64,000 nucleotides of DNA, taken from assembly GCF_947855115.1 (NCBI RefSeq), contig NZ_CANTZW010000017.1:13355-77354 (forward strand), read 5' to 3'. Both the position numbers and the translations under genes were made by a program. Origin of the DNA: an uncultured Parabacteroides sp. (GTDB lineage Bacteria; Bacteroidota; Bacteroidia; Bacteroidales; Tannerellaceae). Position 1 is the first letter of the stretch. Each line of letters opens with the position of its first letter. This document shows, piece after piece, positions 37,603-47,695 of the stretch. The notes under the pieces are model-generated. The model did not search any database. It saw nothing but the letters and a program-made list of their open reading frames with translations, and was not told the origin of the DNA.

Positions 37603-38177
37603 CCACTGAATTGCATCCGCTGGGCTTTTTCCTCCCGGAGAACGCTAGATTGCTGATGTTGGGAAGTTTCCCTCCACCCCGGGTGCGTTGGTCGATGAAT
37701 TTCTATTACCCGAATATTCAGAATGACATGTGGCGTATCCTTGGTTTGATTTTCTATGGAAACAAGGATGCGTTCTTACGAGACAAGAAGGCGTTCAGCG
37801 AGGAGAAAGCGAAGGCTTTTTGCCGGGAAAAAGGAATCGGGATCGGCGATACCGCCATGGAAGTGATTCGCTTGAAGGCGAACGCCTCCGATAAGTTTCT
37901 TGAGGTAGTACGACCGATCGATCTGGAAAAGGTATTGTCTCAAATACCGGAATGCGTGGCGATCGTGGTAACCGGACAGAAAGCGATGGATATCCTTCTC
38001 TCCGTATTGCCCGGCACGGAGGAGCCGAAAGTTGGTTCTTTCACGGAGTTCACTTGTTTGGGAAGGCAGATGAAACTGTTCCGTATGCCTTCTTCCTCCC
38101 GTGCCTACCCGAAACCCCTAGAGGAGAAAGCCGCTGTTTACCGGGGGATGTTTGAGATGTTGGGGATGGTGGTGTAA
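37599..38177 (+). CDS. Uracil-DNA glycosylase superfamily protein
   Basis: LGSFPP, FYYPN..NDMW, MPSSS motifs. Confidence 0.8.
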   Translation: MTTELHPLGFFLPENARLLMLGSFPPPRVRWSMNFYYPNIQNDMWRILGLIFYGNKDAFLRDKKAFSEEKAKAFCREKGIGIGDTAMEVIRLKANASDKFLEVVRPIDLEKVLSQIPECVAIVVTGQKAMDILLSVLPGTEEPKVGSFTEFTCLGRQMKLFRMPSSSRAYPKPLEEKAAVYRGMFEMLGMVV

Positions 38178-38236
38178 GATAAATATTCTTATGGGAGATG
38201 AGAGAAGATGAGATATCTTTTGGGAATAAAAAATAA

Positions 38237-38265
38237 AGGGCAAGCCATCTGTTATGGTTTGCCCT
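38237..38265. terminator. Bidirectional terminator
   Basis: Stem AGGGCAAGCCAT/ATGGTTTGCCCT between convergent genes, A run on the left. Confidence 0.7.
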
Positions 38266-38285
38266 CCTTGCTTTATGGTTTCAAT

Positions 38286-39161
38286 TTATTCTTTTACTTT
38301 GAATGCCCAGAAAGTAGCCTCGCCCCATTGTGCCGTACCAGAGGCGGCATAGGTTAAGACAAGGTTTTTGTCGTTCAAGAGCATGATATCGAACTCCGTT
38401 GGTTTATAGCCGTTTCCGTTGATCATGTAAGGGAACAAAATCGCCCCTTCGGATGTGTATAACTTGCCGATTTCCCAAGATTCATTGGCCGTCATGTCAA
38501 AGGAGAAAGTACCTTCGTTGATTGTTTTAGACCCTGTATTCTTCACGATTTTCTTTCCGCTTAGGATAAAAGTCATGTAAGCGTCCGGGGTTTCCTCTCC
38601 TGTGGCTGAAACTTTTAGGCCCTCTAATTGTCCGGTAAGATCTGCGGGTGCGCAAGTCCACCAGATGCCGTTCTTGTTCGTAATGAAATCTTCGGCGCTA
38701 GAAGCGGCTTTATAGCCAAGGTTACCCCAGCAGCCTCCTAGAACCTCGGAGTCGTATGTCCAGACCTTCTCTCCATCTCCGCAGAGATATGCCCATGCAG
38801 GGTCTACGTCTACGTAAGTTGTGATAGTAAAAGTCTTTTGCACAGAGGTAATACTACCATCTTGGTTGATGGTGCGGATCGTAAACGTCTGCGACTCATC
38901 TCCTCCGGGGGTCAAGTCGAACGATCCGCTTGTCCCCGAGGTCAGAATATTCCCTGAAGGATCAAGGATCTGCACGATTGTGGATGGATTTGTAGCGTAC
39001 GTAAATTTATTCTGGCCTTCTACCGTTTGCGTCAGAGTAGCGGCTTGTTCCAATTGCGCTTCGGTCATGCTCACCGCAATGATGCCTTCTTCCTCTATCG
39101 TAGGATCGCAAGCGGTAAAGAACATTGCGAGTAGCGGTATAACTATACTATATTTCTTCAT
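38286..39161 (-). CDS. Lipoprotein in SusE-like position (putative surface glycan-binding protein)
   Basis: FTAC lipobox followed by acidic DPTIEEE; directly after susD; Trp/Tyr-rich. Confidence 0.75.
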   Translation of the reverse strand: MKKYSIVIPLLAMFFTACDPTIEEEGIIAVSMTEAQLEQAATLTQTVEGQNKFTYATNPSTIVQILDPSGNILTSGTSGSFDLTPGGDESQTFTIRTINQDGSITSVQKTFTITTYVDVDPAWAYLCGDGEKVWTYDSEVLGGCWGNLGYKAASSAEDFITNKNGIWWTCAPADLTGQLEGLKVSATGEETPDAYMTFILSGKKIVKNTGSKTINEGTFSFDMTANESWEIGKLYTSEGAILFPYMINGNGYKPTEFDIMLLNDKNLVLTYAASGTAQWGEATFWAFKVKE

Positions 39162-39199
39162 GATTTTCTATTTAAAAGTTTGACTTTGTTGAAATCGTT

Positions 39200-40960
39200 T
39201 TACCAGCGGTTGTATTGGCTGTCCGAACCTTCCCAACCAGCATTCTGGACGATATTACCGTTTGACATATCCACCTCACTTTCCGGTATCTTGAAGAATC
39301 CGGCGGTAGCGTTATATCGGGTAGCGTAACCACCTCCGTGGGCTTTGTTAGAATCCTCTTGACCATTGGTGTAAATTTTCACGTTGGTTTGTTTTTCCAA
39401 TGCGGCGGCAGCTATGTGCCAGCGACGGATATCATTCCAGCGGATACTCTCAAATGCGAGTTCCCAACGACGTTCGTTTTGCAAGGCTTGGAGTGAGTAA
39501 GACGAAATTGGGCTCAAGCCGGCTCTCTCACGAACCCGGTTGATTCCATCCGTGTTCTCTTTCAACTCAGATTGCATTAGTAATACATCGGCGAAACGGA
39601 TAAGAACGAGATCGTGGATATTGTTTAACTGTAAGTTCTCTGACCCCGATGCCCAGCCATCGGTCCCATACATCAGGTTCTCGAAGCATACAGAGTATGT
39701 ATCACCGTTTTTTGCGGCAACAGGAAGCCATTTCTTGGAGAGGTATCCTGTCTCTTGGATGTACTCACCTCCTCCTCCAAGTGCCCATCCTTGTTCTGTC
39801 CAGGAGGTACAATCCGAAATGGAGGCATCGCGACGTTTGTCGTTAGGCTCAGAGTTTTTCCAGTCATTTATGAGATTTGGGGCAACAGGTCCGGCTCCCC
39901 AACCTTGGCCAAAGGGAAACGATTCGGCTACACCAGCCATACCACGTACGCCAAAGTGCAGGGCGAAGTTATTCGCATACCCGATGCTTGTGCTCCAGTC
40001 TGCTAATTTGTTGTATTTGATAGCGAACAATGTCTCTGGATTTACGGCGTTATCATCTTCTACCCATTTCAGGCCCTGTCCGCTAGTATAATCATAATCT
40101 TCTACCGTAAACCGATTTGTATAAGCCCAAAGATTGCGGAAATCCGACGTAACCAATGAGTATCCTGAATTGTTTACGCAATCATCGATGTAGCTGATTA
40201 CTTGATCTTTCGTCAGAGTGGAACCATCGGGCAAAGCCACGGAAGTCAAAGGTGAGTAAGTGGTACTGGTAAGTGCAGCCAAGTCCTCTCCATTACAATA
40301 CATACCTGTATAGAATAACCAAGCACGGGCTAGCATGGCCTCGGCGGTGTATTTATCGACATGCCCATCTGTCTTGCGAGTGTCGGGCATTATTTCTGCG
40401 GCATCACGTAAGTCTTGCAGGATTTGTCCCCATAGCTCAGCGGCGGTCGGTTGGCTTGGCTCTACGGATTGTGAGGTGATTGTCAGAGGGACACACCCAT
40501 ACATGGAAGCTAACTCATAATAGTAGAAAGCACGAAGGAATTTCGCTTCTCCTTCAATCTGGTTCTTGTCGGATTCAGCCAATTCGATATTTCCGATACC
40601 ATCCAATAAAGAGTTCGCACGGTTGATACCCTGGTAACGGTCTTTCCAGAATTGTTGGGTCATGTCCTGCTTGGAGTTCATCAACATATCCAGAGATTGC
40701 ATATGCAAGTCGTTCGGGCCTCCGCCTCCTAAACAATCGTCGCTAGCCAACATGGCTGCATAAAGGAAAGAGCACTCCGGCGTGGCAGACACTTGGTTCA
40801 AGTTCTGATAGATACCGGCTAACGCTTGTGTGGCATCCTCGGCCGTAATGGGAAAGTTCTCACTACTTTTTGTTACGTAATCCTCGGCATCCAGCGTACA
40901 AGAGGTGATTCCACCCATGATCGAAGCTGCGATACCGATTAAATATATTGTTTTTTTCAT
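39200..40960 (-). CDS. RagB/SusD family lipoprotein
   Basis: TSC lipobox, LASDD, YQGINRAN, EAKFLRAFYYYEL, LIRFADVLL, ERRWELAFESIRWNDIRRW; start placed at MKKTI. Confidence 0.95.
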   Translation of the reverse strand: MKKTIYLIGIAASIMGGITSCTLDAEDYVTKSSENFPITAEDATQALAGIYQNLNQVSATPECSFLYAAMLASDDCLGGGGPNDLHMQSLDMLMNSKQDMTQQFWKDRYQGINRANSLLDGIGNIELAESDKNQIEGEAKFLRAFYYYELASMYGCVPLTITSQSVEPSQPTAAELWGQILQDLRDAAEIMPDTRKTDGHVDKYTAEAMLARAWLFYTGMYCNGEDLAALTSTTYSPLTSVALPDGSTLTKDQVISYIDDCVNNSGYSLVTSDFRNLWAYTNRFTVEDYDYTSGQGLKWVEDDNAVNPETLFAIKYNKLADWSTSIGYANNFALHFGVRGMAGVAESFPFGQGWGAGPVAPNLINDWKNSEPNDKRRDASISDCTSWTEQGWALGGGGEYIQETGYLSKKWLPVAAKNGDTYSVCFENLMYGTDGWASGSENLQLNNIHDLVLIRFADVLLMQSELKENTDGINRVRERAGLSPISSYSLQALQNERRWELAFESIRWNDIRRWHIAAAALEKQTNVKIYTNGQEDSNKAHGGGYATRYNATAGFFKIPESEVDMSNGNIVQNAGWEGSDSQYNRW

Positions 40961-40975
40961 CTTGATAATCAATTA

Positions 40976-43900
40976 TTAGAATTTGACATTAACACCTACC
41001 ATATAGGTTCTCGCTTGAGGGTAATTACCTACATCCACGCCTGTTACCCAGCTCTCTTTATCGTTGAGGGCGGTTCCACACTCAGGATCCATTCCCTTAT
41101 AGCCGGTGAATGTAAAGAGATTTTGAGCAGAGATGTACAAGCGAAGTTGCTGGAACTTACAGTTCTTCCATAAACGCTTGATATCATAACCTAATGTTAC
41201 GTTCTGGATGCGGAAATAATCTGCGTTGTCCACGTAAATATCGGAAATGTTGATATGGTTCACAGTGTTACCGGGCAACAGGATCGGGTATCGGTTGGAT
41301 GTTCCTTCACCATGCCAGTAATTGTAGACGTTGCTGCTATAGTTATCGAACTGTCCGTTACCAAATTTACGATATGTGTGGGCTACCTGCATACCGAACG
41401 CTCCGTAAGTAGAGATGTTCAAGTCGAAACCTTTCCAGCTAAAATCTAGATTTAGACCCATCGTGAGGTCCGGATGAGGATTACCTATTTCTGTCTTATC
41501 GTTGTCGTTGATCACGCCATCGCCATTGACATCGACGAATTTCAAGTCACCCGGAGCAATTGAGGTTCCTTGCAAGGAGTTGGCTGCGTCTCCTTTACAA
41601 TTCTGATCCAGATAAGCCTGTATGTCTGCTTCGTTTTGCATTACGCCATCGGTCTTATATCCCCAGAAGTAACCGATAGGGTGTCCTTCTTCCATGCGAG
41701 ACATATAGGTGGTTCCTTCGGATAAGAGGGCGTTACCTCCATTCACGTAATGGGTACCGTTATTGACTTCTGTTACCTCGTTCTTGTTATGTGCGAGGTT
41801 CAAACCGATTCCGTAGCTGAAGTCCGAACCTACCTCATCTCTCCAATTGAGGGCAAGCTCAATACCGGTGTTCTTTACCGTACCGGCGTTTGCAATCATA
41901 GAAGAGAAACCGTTGATTGAAGATACGGGTACATCTATTAGCAGATCTTTTGTTTTCTTGTTATACCAATCAAAGTTCGCACTTAACCGGCCACCTAAGA
42001 AACGTGCGTCTAAACCGATGTTTGTCTGCTCGGATGTTTCCCAAGTGATCTCGTTGTTAGGTAACAAGGAAGGATAAGCTCCTTGGGTTCCTCCATTTTT
42101 ATTGTTGTTGAAAGAATAAAGTCCCAAATCACCGAATGCGTATGTGGAGGCGTATTTGTATGCTCCAATATTCTCGTTACCATTTTGTCCCCAACTGGCG
42201 CGAACCTTCAAGAAATCCATCCAGTTTTTCGTGTTTTCCATCCAGCTCTCGTTACTTATCACCCAACCTGCGGAGAATGAAGGGAAGTAACCCCAACGAT
42301 GACCGCTGGAGAAATTAGAGGAACCATCGGCACGGACAATCGCACTAAACATATAAGTTTCCTTGAGGTCGTAGTTGATACGGCCGAAATAGGATAGGAT
42401 GGAGTGATCATCCGCAGGATATCCTCCCACTATACCAGCAGTACGACCGGAGAAGTTGTCGAAGTAAGCATGTGAGAAATCTCCGAAGATGCTGGTCGTG
42501 GCGTGTCCTTCGATGGTTTCCGACATATTATTACCTTCTCTGGAATACTCTGTACCGACCAATACGTCGAAGTGGTTCTCTTTGATGTCGAAAGCGTAGC
42601 TCAATGTATGCGTCATACCCCAATTCCAACCGATGGTCATATTCTCATCCAGATAATCATCCGTATTCTGGTCGTTGTTATTATTTTTATAGATACCGTT
42701 GTATGCTTTGTAGAGGCTGGAGTTCTGTTTGTAGTAGACTTGGCCTTTATATTTCAAATCCTTTAATGGCTGTATCTCTATGTAACCGATGGCGCTAAGA
42801 TTGTGGTTCCGGCTTTTATTATTTCCACTGGTGGTATTTAGCAAGGTGTTCATCGGGTTATTAATATATTGGTTGAGTCCGAGTAATCCCATTGCTCCGG
42901 ATCCTTGCGCGATCAAGTCGTCATAGTCGAATAACTCTCCTTGGCTATTATATAGTGGAACCAATGGATTAGCTCCCATCATACTGTAGATGCTGTTGGA
43001 GTATTGGTTACCGATTTGGATACCTTGGTTGGATGTGTGCTGGTAATATACGTTCTCACCGAATTTGATGATATCCAAGTCATCCTTTTTCCAAAGGATA
43101 TGTTCGGAGTTTAAACGAATGGTGAAACGGCTGTAGTCAGATTTAACCGGACCACCGAAAATACCGTCTTGATACTGATAACCTACTCCGGTAGAGAACT
43201 TGGAGAGTTCGGAACCTCCGGTTATATTCACGGAATGAGAAGTGGTGATCGCATTTTTGTTGCGAAGTAACTCCAGCCAGTTCGTACCTGGATTAGAACC
43301 GTTTTGATAGGATTCCAGTAAATCTGCGTCTAGATATTGTGACCAATCGAAAGGTGCTATGCCAGCATTGAAGTTGATCTGGTCTTGAACAGCCATGTAT
43401 TCTTTGGCGGTAAGCATATCTGGCATCTTTACTACGTTCTGCCAACCGATGTTTCCATCATAAGATACTTGTACTTTTCCTTCTTTACCTTGTTTTGTGG
43501 TAACCAAGATAACACCATTTGCTGCACGGGCACCATAGATAGCGGAGGAAGCGGCATCTTTTAATACATCGATACGTTCGATATCGGCAGGATTCAGGGA
43601 GTTGATATCACCTCCGGCTACACCATCGATAACATAAATAGGAGCCGTATCTCCATTTGTACCGGCACCGCGGATGTTTACTTTGAATCCGTCACCCGGC
43701 TGACCGGAGGAAGCCACGATATTGACACCCGGGCTTTGATTTTGCAATGCGCTTAGTGGGCTGATCGTATTACGTTTTGCGACTTCATCTCCTTTTACCT
43801 CTACGGTAGCTCCTGTCACTAACTTTTTCTTTTGTACACCGTAACCTACTACCACAACCTCGTCCAGGCTCTGTGAGTCTTCTTTCAAGGTGATTTGTAA

Positions 43901-44221
43901 GTTGGATGTCTGGGCGGTTACAGGAATCTCTTGAGTCATGTAGCCGATGTAGGAGATCTCGATGATGGAGCCTGGGGCGGCTTCTAAGCTGAACTTTCCG
44001 TCCAAATCGGTTATCACTCCGTTTGTCGTTCCCTTTACGATAACATTGGCACCGATGACTTCCATTCCTGTTGCGTCTTTCACGATACCAGTGATTCTTT
44101 TTGTTTGTTGCATGACTTCCGTCGAAGTACTAGGGGCGGCTAATATTTGTGGTATGCCACCTAGCTGGAAAGCCATACATGCGCCTAAAAACAGCGTTGT
44201 TTTCTTAATTCTTGAATTCAT
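40976..44221 (-). CDS. SusC/RagA family TonB-dependent transporter
   Basis: LDEVVVVGYG, IERIDVLKDAASSAIYGARAANGVILVTTK, WETSEQTNIGLD, YPQARTYMVGVNVKF. Confidence 0.97.
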   Translation of the reverse strand: MNSRIKKTTLFLGACMAFQLGGIPQILAAPSTSTEVMQQTKRITGIVKDATGMEVIGANVIVKGTTNGVITDLDGKFSLEAAPGSIIEISYIGYMTQEIPVTAQTSNLQITLKEDSQSLDEVVVVGYGVQKKKLVTGATVEVKGDEVAKRNTISPLSALQNQSPGVNIVASSGQPGDGFKVNIRGAGTNGDTAPIYVIDGVAGGDINSLNPADIERIDVLKDAASSAIYGARAANGVILVTTKQGKEGKVQVSYDGNIGWQNVVKMPDMLTAKEYMAVQDQINFNAGIAPFDWSQYLDADLLESYQNGSNPGTNWLELLRNKNAITTSHSVNITGGSELSKFSTGVGYQYQDGIFGGPVKSDYSRFTIRLNSEHILWKKDDLDIIKFGENVYYQHTSNQGIQIGNQYSNSIYSMMGANPLVPLYNSQGELFDYDDLIAQGSGAMGLLGLNQYINNPMNTLLNTTSGNNKSRNHNLSAIGYIEIQPLKDLKYKGQVYYKQNSSLYKAYNGIYKNNNNDQNTDDYLDENMTIGWNWGMTHTLSYAFDIKENHFDVLVGTEYSREGNNMSETIEGHATTSIFGDFSHAYFDNFSGRTAGIVGGYPADDHSILSYFGRINYDLKETYMFSAIVRADGSSNFSSGHRWGYFPSFSAGWVISNESWMENTKNWMDFLKVRASWGQNGNENIGAYKYASTYAFGDLGLYSFNNNKNGGTQGAYPSLLPNNEITWETSEQTNIGLDARFLGGRLSANFDWYNKKTKDLLIDVPVSSINGFSSMIANAGTVKNTGIELALNWRDEVGSDFSYGIGLNLAHNKNEVTEVNNGTHYVNGGNALLSEGTTYMSRMEEGHPIGYFWGYKTDGVMQNEADIQAYLDQNCKGDAANSLQGTSIAPGDLKFVDVNGDGVINDNDKTEIGNPHPDLTMGLNLDFSWKGFDLNISTYGAFGMQVAHTYRKFGNGQFDNYSSNVYNYWHGEGTSNRYPILLPGNTVNHINISDIYVDNADYFRIQNVTLGYDIKRLWKNCKFQQLRLYISAQNLFTFTGYKGMDPECGTALNDKESWVTGVDVGNYPQARTYMVGVNVKF

Positions 44222-44371
44222 TATTTTTTACATTAAATCATATAAGGCTAAACTAAATTTTATTTACCCATTAGGGTCATTAGCGGCTAACTGCTAAAAA
44301 CATTAGATTTTAGGTTCCTTCCTCATAGGCGATTATTTTTAATTGTTAATATGAATTGTTAATTTTTGTCG

Positions 44372-44436
44372 CAAAATTACATCGGACCCCAAATGTGTTC
44401 AAATACTATTTTATCTAAGAATAATACTTTTTTGTT
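44372..44436 (-). promoter_or_regulatory. susC promoter and putative activator site
   Basis: TAATTTTG -7 (44372-44379), TTTG -33 candidate (44400-44403), + strand TACTATTTTATC at 44404 and degenerate copy at 44425. Confidence 0.65.
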
Positions 44437-44585
44437 GAGGTGTATTTTTAACACAACAATGGGAGACCGCAGATATGAAAGTCCTTGTGACTGATTACAA
44501 AGATAGACGTGTGAAAGAAAAGAGAAGGGGGAATTTTGTATAGAAATAGGGGGATTTATGTATTTATATCTAGTAAAAATGTCTA

Positions 44586-45464
44586 TTATACAATGATTTT
44601 TGTCTTTTTGTAGTTCTCTCTGAACTCTTTGGGTGAACAGTTTTTCTTTTTCTTGAAAATACGGTTGAAGTTCGAAAGATTATTGAAACCACAGTTGTAG
44701 CAAATCTCGGCGATGGATTGCTGGGTATCTACCAACATGCGAGCGGCGTAACCGATACGGAGATCCGTGATATAGTCGGAAAGGTTTTTTCCTGTTCTCA
44801 GCTTGAAAAAACGGCTGAATGCGGAAGGGGTCATACCTACGAGTTCGGCCAGTTGGTTCAAGCGGATGTCTTGCTGGTATCTCTCGTTGATATAATTTTG
44901 TACTTTCTGGATACGGCGGCTTTCGGAATGTATATCCGTTATTTTAGCGAACGAGGAACTTGCTAATACTTTATAGTTCTCTTCGGTGGAAAGCTCATAC
45001 AAGATGGTCAAAAAGTTGATTACCGCATAAAAACTTTGCTCCTCGCAGACTAGCTTTTCCATTAAATGGTAAACCTTCAGGATGGAAGACATCGGGAAAC
45101 TGATGCCGCATTGGGCTTTCTCTAACATTTTCCGGATACTGTTGAATTGGTTTTTCTCTAGCAGGTTATCCCCTAATAAATCGGGAGAGAACTGGATCGT
45201 GATCTCGTGGATCAGAGGCGATTTACATGTGTTCTGTTCCCATACATGCTCCAGCTCTTTCCCGGTTATCAATACCAACTCGTATTCTCCGATCACTTCC
45301 GCGGAATCACCCACTACACGCTTTACCCCCGGAGCGTGCTCAATGAAATTGAGCTCGTACTCCGAGTGGCAATGTATCGGATAGGTAAATTCTGTCTTGC
45401 AGCGGTCTACGATGTAAAAACAGTCTTTTTCCGATAGTGGTGTTATTTCACGGATGATGTCCAT
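44586..45464 (-). CDS. AraC family regulator with cupin sensor domain
   Basis: PIHCHSEYELNFI cupin, LAELVGMTPSAFSRFFK, CGFNNLSNFNRIFKK. Confidence 0.92.
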   Translation of the reverse strand: MDIIREITPLSEKDCFYIVDRCKTEFTYPIHCHSEYELNFIEHAPGVKRVVGDSAEVIGEYELVLITGKELEHVWEQNTCKSPLIHEITIQFSPDLLGDNLLEKNQFNSIRKMLEKAQCGISFPMSSILKVYHLMEKLVCEEQSFYAVINFLTILYELSTEENYKVLASSSFAKITDIHSESRRIQKVQNYINERYQQDIRLNQLAELVGMTPSAFSRFFKLRTGKNLSDYITDLRIGYAARMLVDTQQSIAEICYNCGFNNLSNFNRIFKKKKNCSPKEFRENYKKTKIIV

Positions 45465-45469
45465 GTTTA

Positions 45470-45491
45470 GTTGATAGTCGACAATTAACAG
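45470..45491. repeat. Heptamer array (TTGATAG-TCGACAA-TTAACAG)
   Basis: Fills the GH36-AraC intergenic gap, 5 nt before the AraC ATG. Confidence 0.55.
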
Positions 45492-47690
45492 TTAATGAAC
45501 CTCAGTCAGCTCTATGACCTTACTACAGGTATGGGCCGTAGTGAATACACTCAGGCCTATTTTCATCAAGAAATCTCCGCTGAAAGTTCCTCCATCGGTA
45601 GCCAAGGTGGATTTCTTGCCTGGCATAAGATTTATTTCCTGTACTTTATATTTCTTATCCGGATCTAATCCTTGTAGCTTTACGGAGAAAATCTTTTCTC
45701 CGAAACGGGGATGGATATCGTAAGCGAATAAGACGGACTTACTTTTTGCTTTATCCACATACATCACGGATAAATGGTTGGTCTCATAAGGAGAGACCAG
45801 ACGGTAAAGATCGCCATCGAGGATAGTGCCTTTTAGACGTTTGTAGTTGGCTACTGCGTCTTGGCAATATTTCATCTCATCGTTGTTCATCTCTTTCAGG
45901 CTGATATCGAAGCCCATCTTGCACATCATAGCCACGTCTGTACGGAATTTGATAGAGGTATTCTTGTTCCAGCTAGTCACGTGGGCACACATCGCCTTCG
46001 CCGGGAAGAACTGGGAGAATCCCCATTGGATATACAAACGCTCGATTGGATCGGTATTATCGCTACACCAAAATTCCGTGAAATATTTCAATGCCTCGTA
46101 ATCACAGCGGGCACCGCCTCCGGAACAAAGCATAATCGGCAGGTGAGGATATTTCTCGGCTACCCGTTTGAATACGTTATAGACTCCTCGTACATGGTCA
46201 ATATATAATTGGTTCTGTTTCTCCTTGAGGTAGGGGGAATATACATTGGTGATCGGGCTATTGCAATCCCATTTGAAAAAAGCCAGATCCGGATTCTCTG
46301 TCATGATATTATCCACCACGCTGAATACATAGTCCTGTACTTCCGGGTTACTCAAGTCCAAGACAAGCTGGTTACGGAAATAGTAAGTTTCTCGATTCGG
46401 TAGACGAATCGCCCAATCCGGATGTTTCTCGAAAAGTTCGCTCTTCGGATTAACCATCTCCGGCTCGATCCAGATACCGAATTTTACGCCTGTGTTTTTA
46501 GCGGCCTGTACCAGGTGAGGAATGCCGTTTGGTAATTTATCATGGGTAACATCCCAATCACCCAATCCGGCTTTATCGTTTTGACGAGGGTATTTATTCG
46601 CGAACCAGCCATCGTCCAGCAAGAACATATCCACTCCTAGGTGCTTGGCTTCTTTCATTAATTCTTCCAGCTTCTCCTCATTGAAATTACAACCGGTAGC
46701 TTCCCAGTTATTCAATAAGGTTAGGCGGTCTCCTTTACCATCCTTGATCTGGTAATTACGTGCCCAGTCATGAAGATCACGACTGGCTTTTCCGGTTCCT
46801 TGGTTACTTAGTGTAAAGATAAACTCGGGGGTAACAAACCATTCGCCCGGTTTCAATTCATAGGCAGATGCATAAGGATTGATGCCGGAGATAACACGAA
46901 GATTGCCGGCGTTGTCTACCTCGAACGTGAAGCGGTAATTGCCTGTCCAACCAATTGTCCCCATTAAGACATCTCCGGTATTCTCGCAGGCAGGGGCACC
47001 TAATCCGATCTCAAAAAACGGATAAGCGTGCATGGCCGCACGAGAACCTAGTTTCGTATCGATGATCTTCTTCCCGAATTTCAAGTCTTGGCTGCTCATC
47101 TGTACTTCCTTGGCCCAGTCTCCGCTAAACTCGGTCAATACATAGCGTGGACTCTCGAAATAAAGCATGTTGGAGGCGTACCGGGTGATCGTGACCGGTT
47201 TCTTTTCCATATGACGAATCTCGGTCCAAGCCTTGATCACGTTTTCTTTGGCGAAAGTAACATAATGTAATTTTGCCTCTACCGGGTATACATCGTCCTT
47301 CAAAGAGATGATTGTCTCCGTAACGTTGTCGTCTAGTTTCTTGGATTCACTGGAAACATATTTGAATATACTGGTCATGTTCCCATCGTTGTGCTGGATG
47401 GCAAAAGCCGGTTCGAAATAATCTTCCGTTCCAGAGCAAGGGTATACTTCCCAACCGCGGGCTGATACGCTACCATCCGTTCCTGCTTGGATATTCCATG
47501 ATAGATTCCTGAATTCGGACTCGTCCGCTAGTTTATTCCCCAAATAAGTTTGATAAAGCCGTCCGTTGGGGGCTACTTGTAAAATCAGGCCAGTCTCATT
47601 GGTTGAGATTGAGATTGTCTTTTGATTTGTCGCTTTTACTAATGGTAAACAAAAACACAAAAGGATAATTGTAAATACTAGGTTCTTCAT
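45492..47690 (-). CDS. GH36 alpha-galactosidase
   Basis: Signal peptide, LNNWEAT, FLLDDGWF, FGIWIEPEMVN, FFKWDCN, CSGGGAR, WCSDNTD; start placed at MKNLV. Confidence 0.93.
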   Translation of the reverse strand: MKNLVFTIILLCFCLPLVKATNQKTISISTNETGLILQVAPNGRLYQTYLGNKLADESEFRNLSWNIQAGTDGSVSARGWEVYPCSGTEDYFEPAFAIQHNDGNMTSIFKYVSSESKKLDDNVTETIISLKDDVYPVEAKLHYVTFAKENVIKAWTEIRHMEKKPVTITRYASNMLYFESPRYVLTEFSGDWAKEVQMSSQDLKFGKKIIDTKLGSRAAMHAYPFFEIGLGAPACENTGDVLMGTIGWTGNYRFTFEVDNAGNLRVISGINPYASAYELKPGEWFVTPEFIFTLSNQGTGKASRDLHDWARNYQIKDGKGDRLTLLNNWEATGCNFNEEKLEELMKEAKHLGVDMFLLDDGWFANKYPRQNDKAGLGDWDVTHDKLPNGIPHLVQAAKNTGVKFGIWIEPEMVNPKSELFEKHPDWAIRLPNRETYYFRNQLVLDLSNPEVQDYVFSVVDNIMTENPDLAFFKWDCNSPITNVYSPYLKEKQNQLYIDHVRGVYNVFKRVAEKYPHLPIMLCSGGGARCDYEALKYFTEFWCSDNTDPIERLYIQWGFSQFFPAKAMCAHVTSWNKNTSIKFRTDVAMMCKMGFDISLKEMNNDEMKYCQDAVANYKRLKGTILDGDLYRLVSPYETNHLSVMYVDKAKSKSVLFAYDIHPRFGEKIFSVKLQGLDPDKKYKVQEINLMPGKKSTLATDGGTFSGDFLMKIGLSVFTTAHTCSKVIELTEVH

Positions 47691-47695
47691 GTTAG

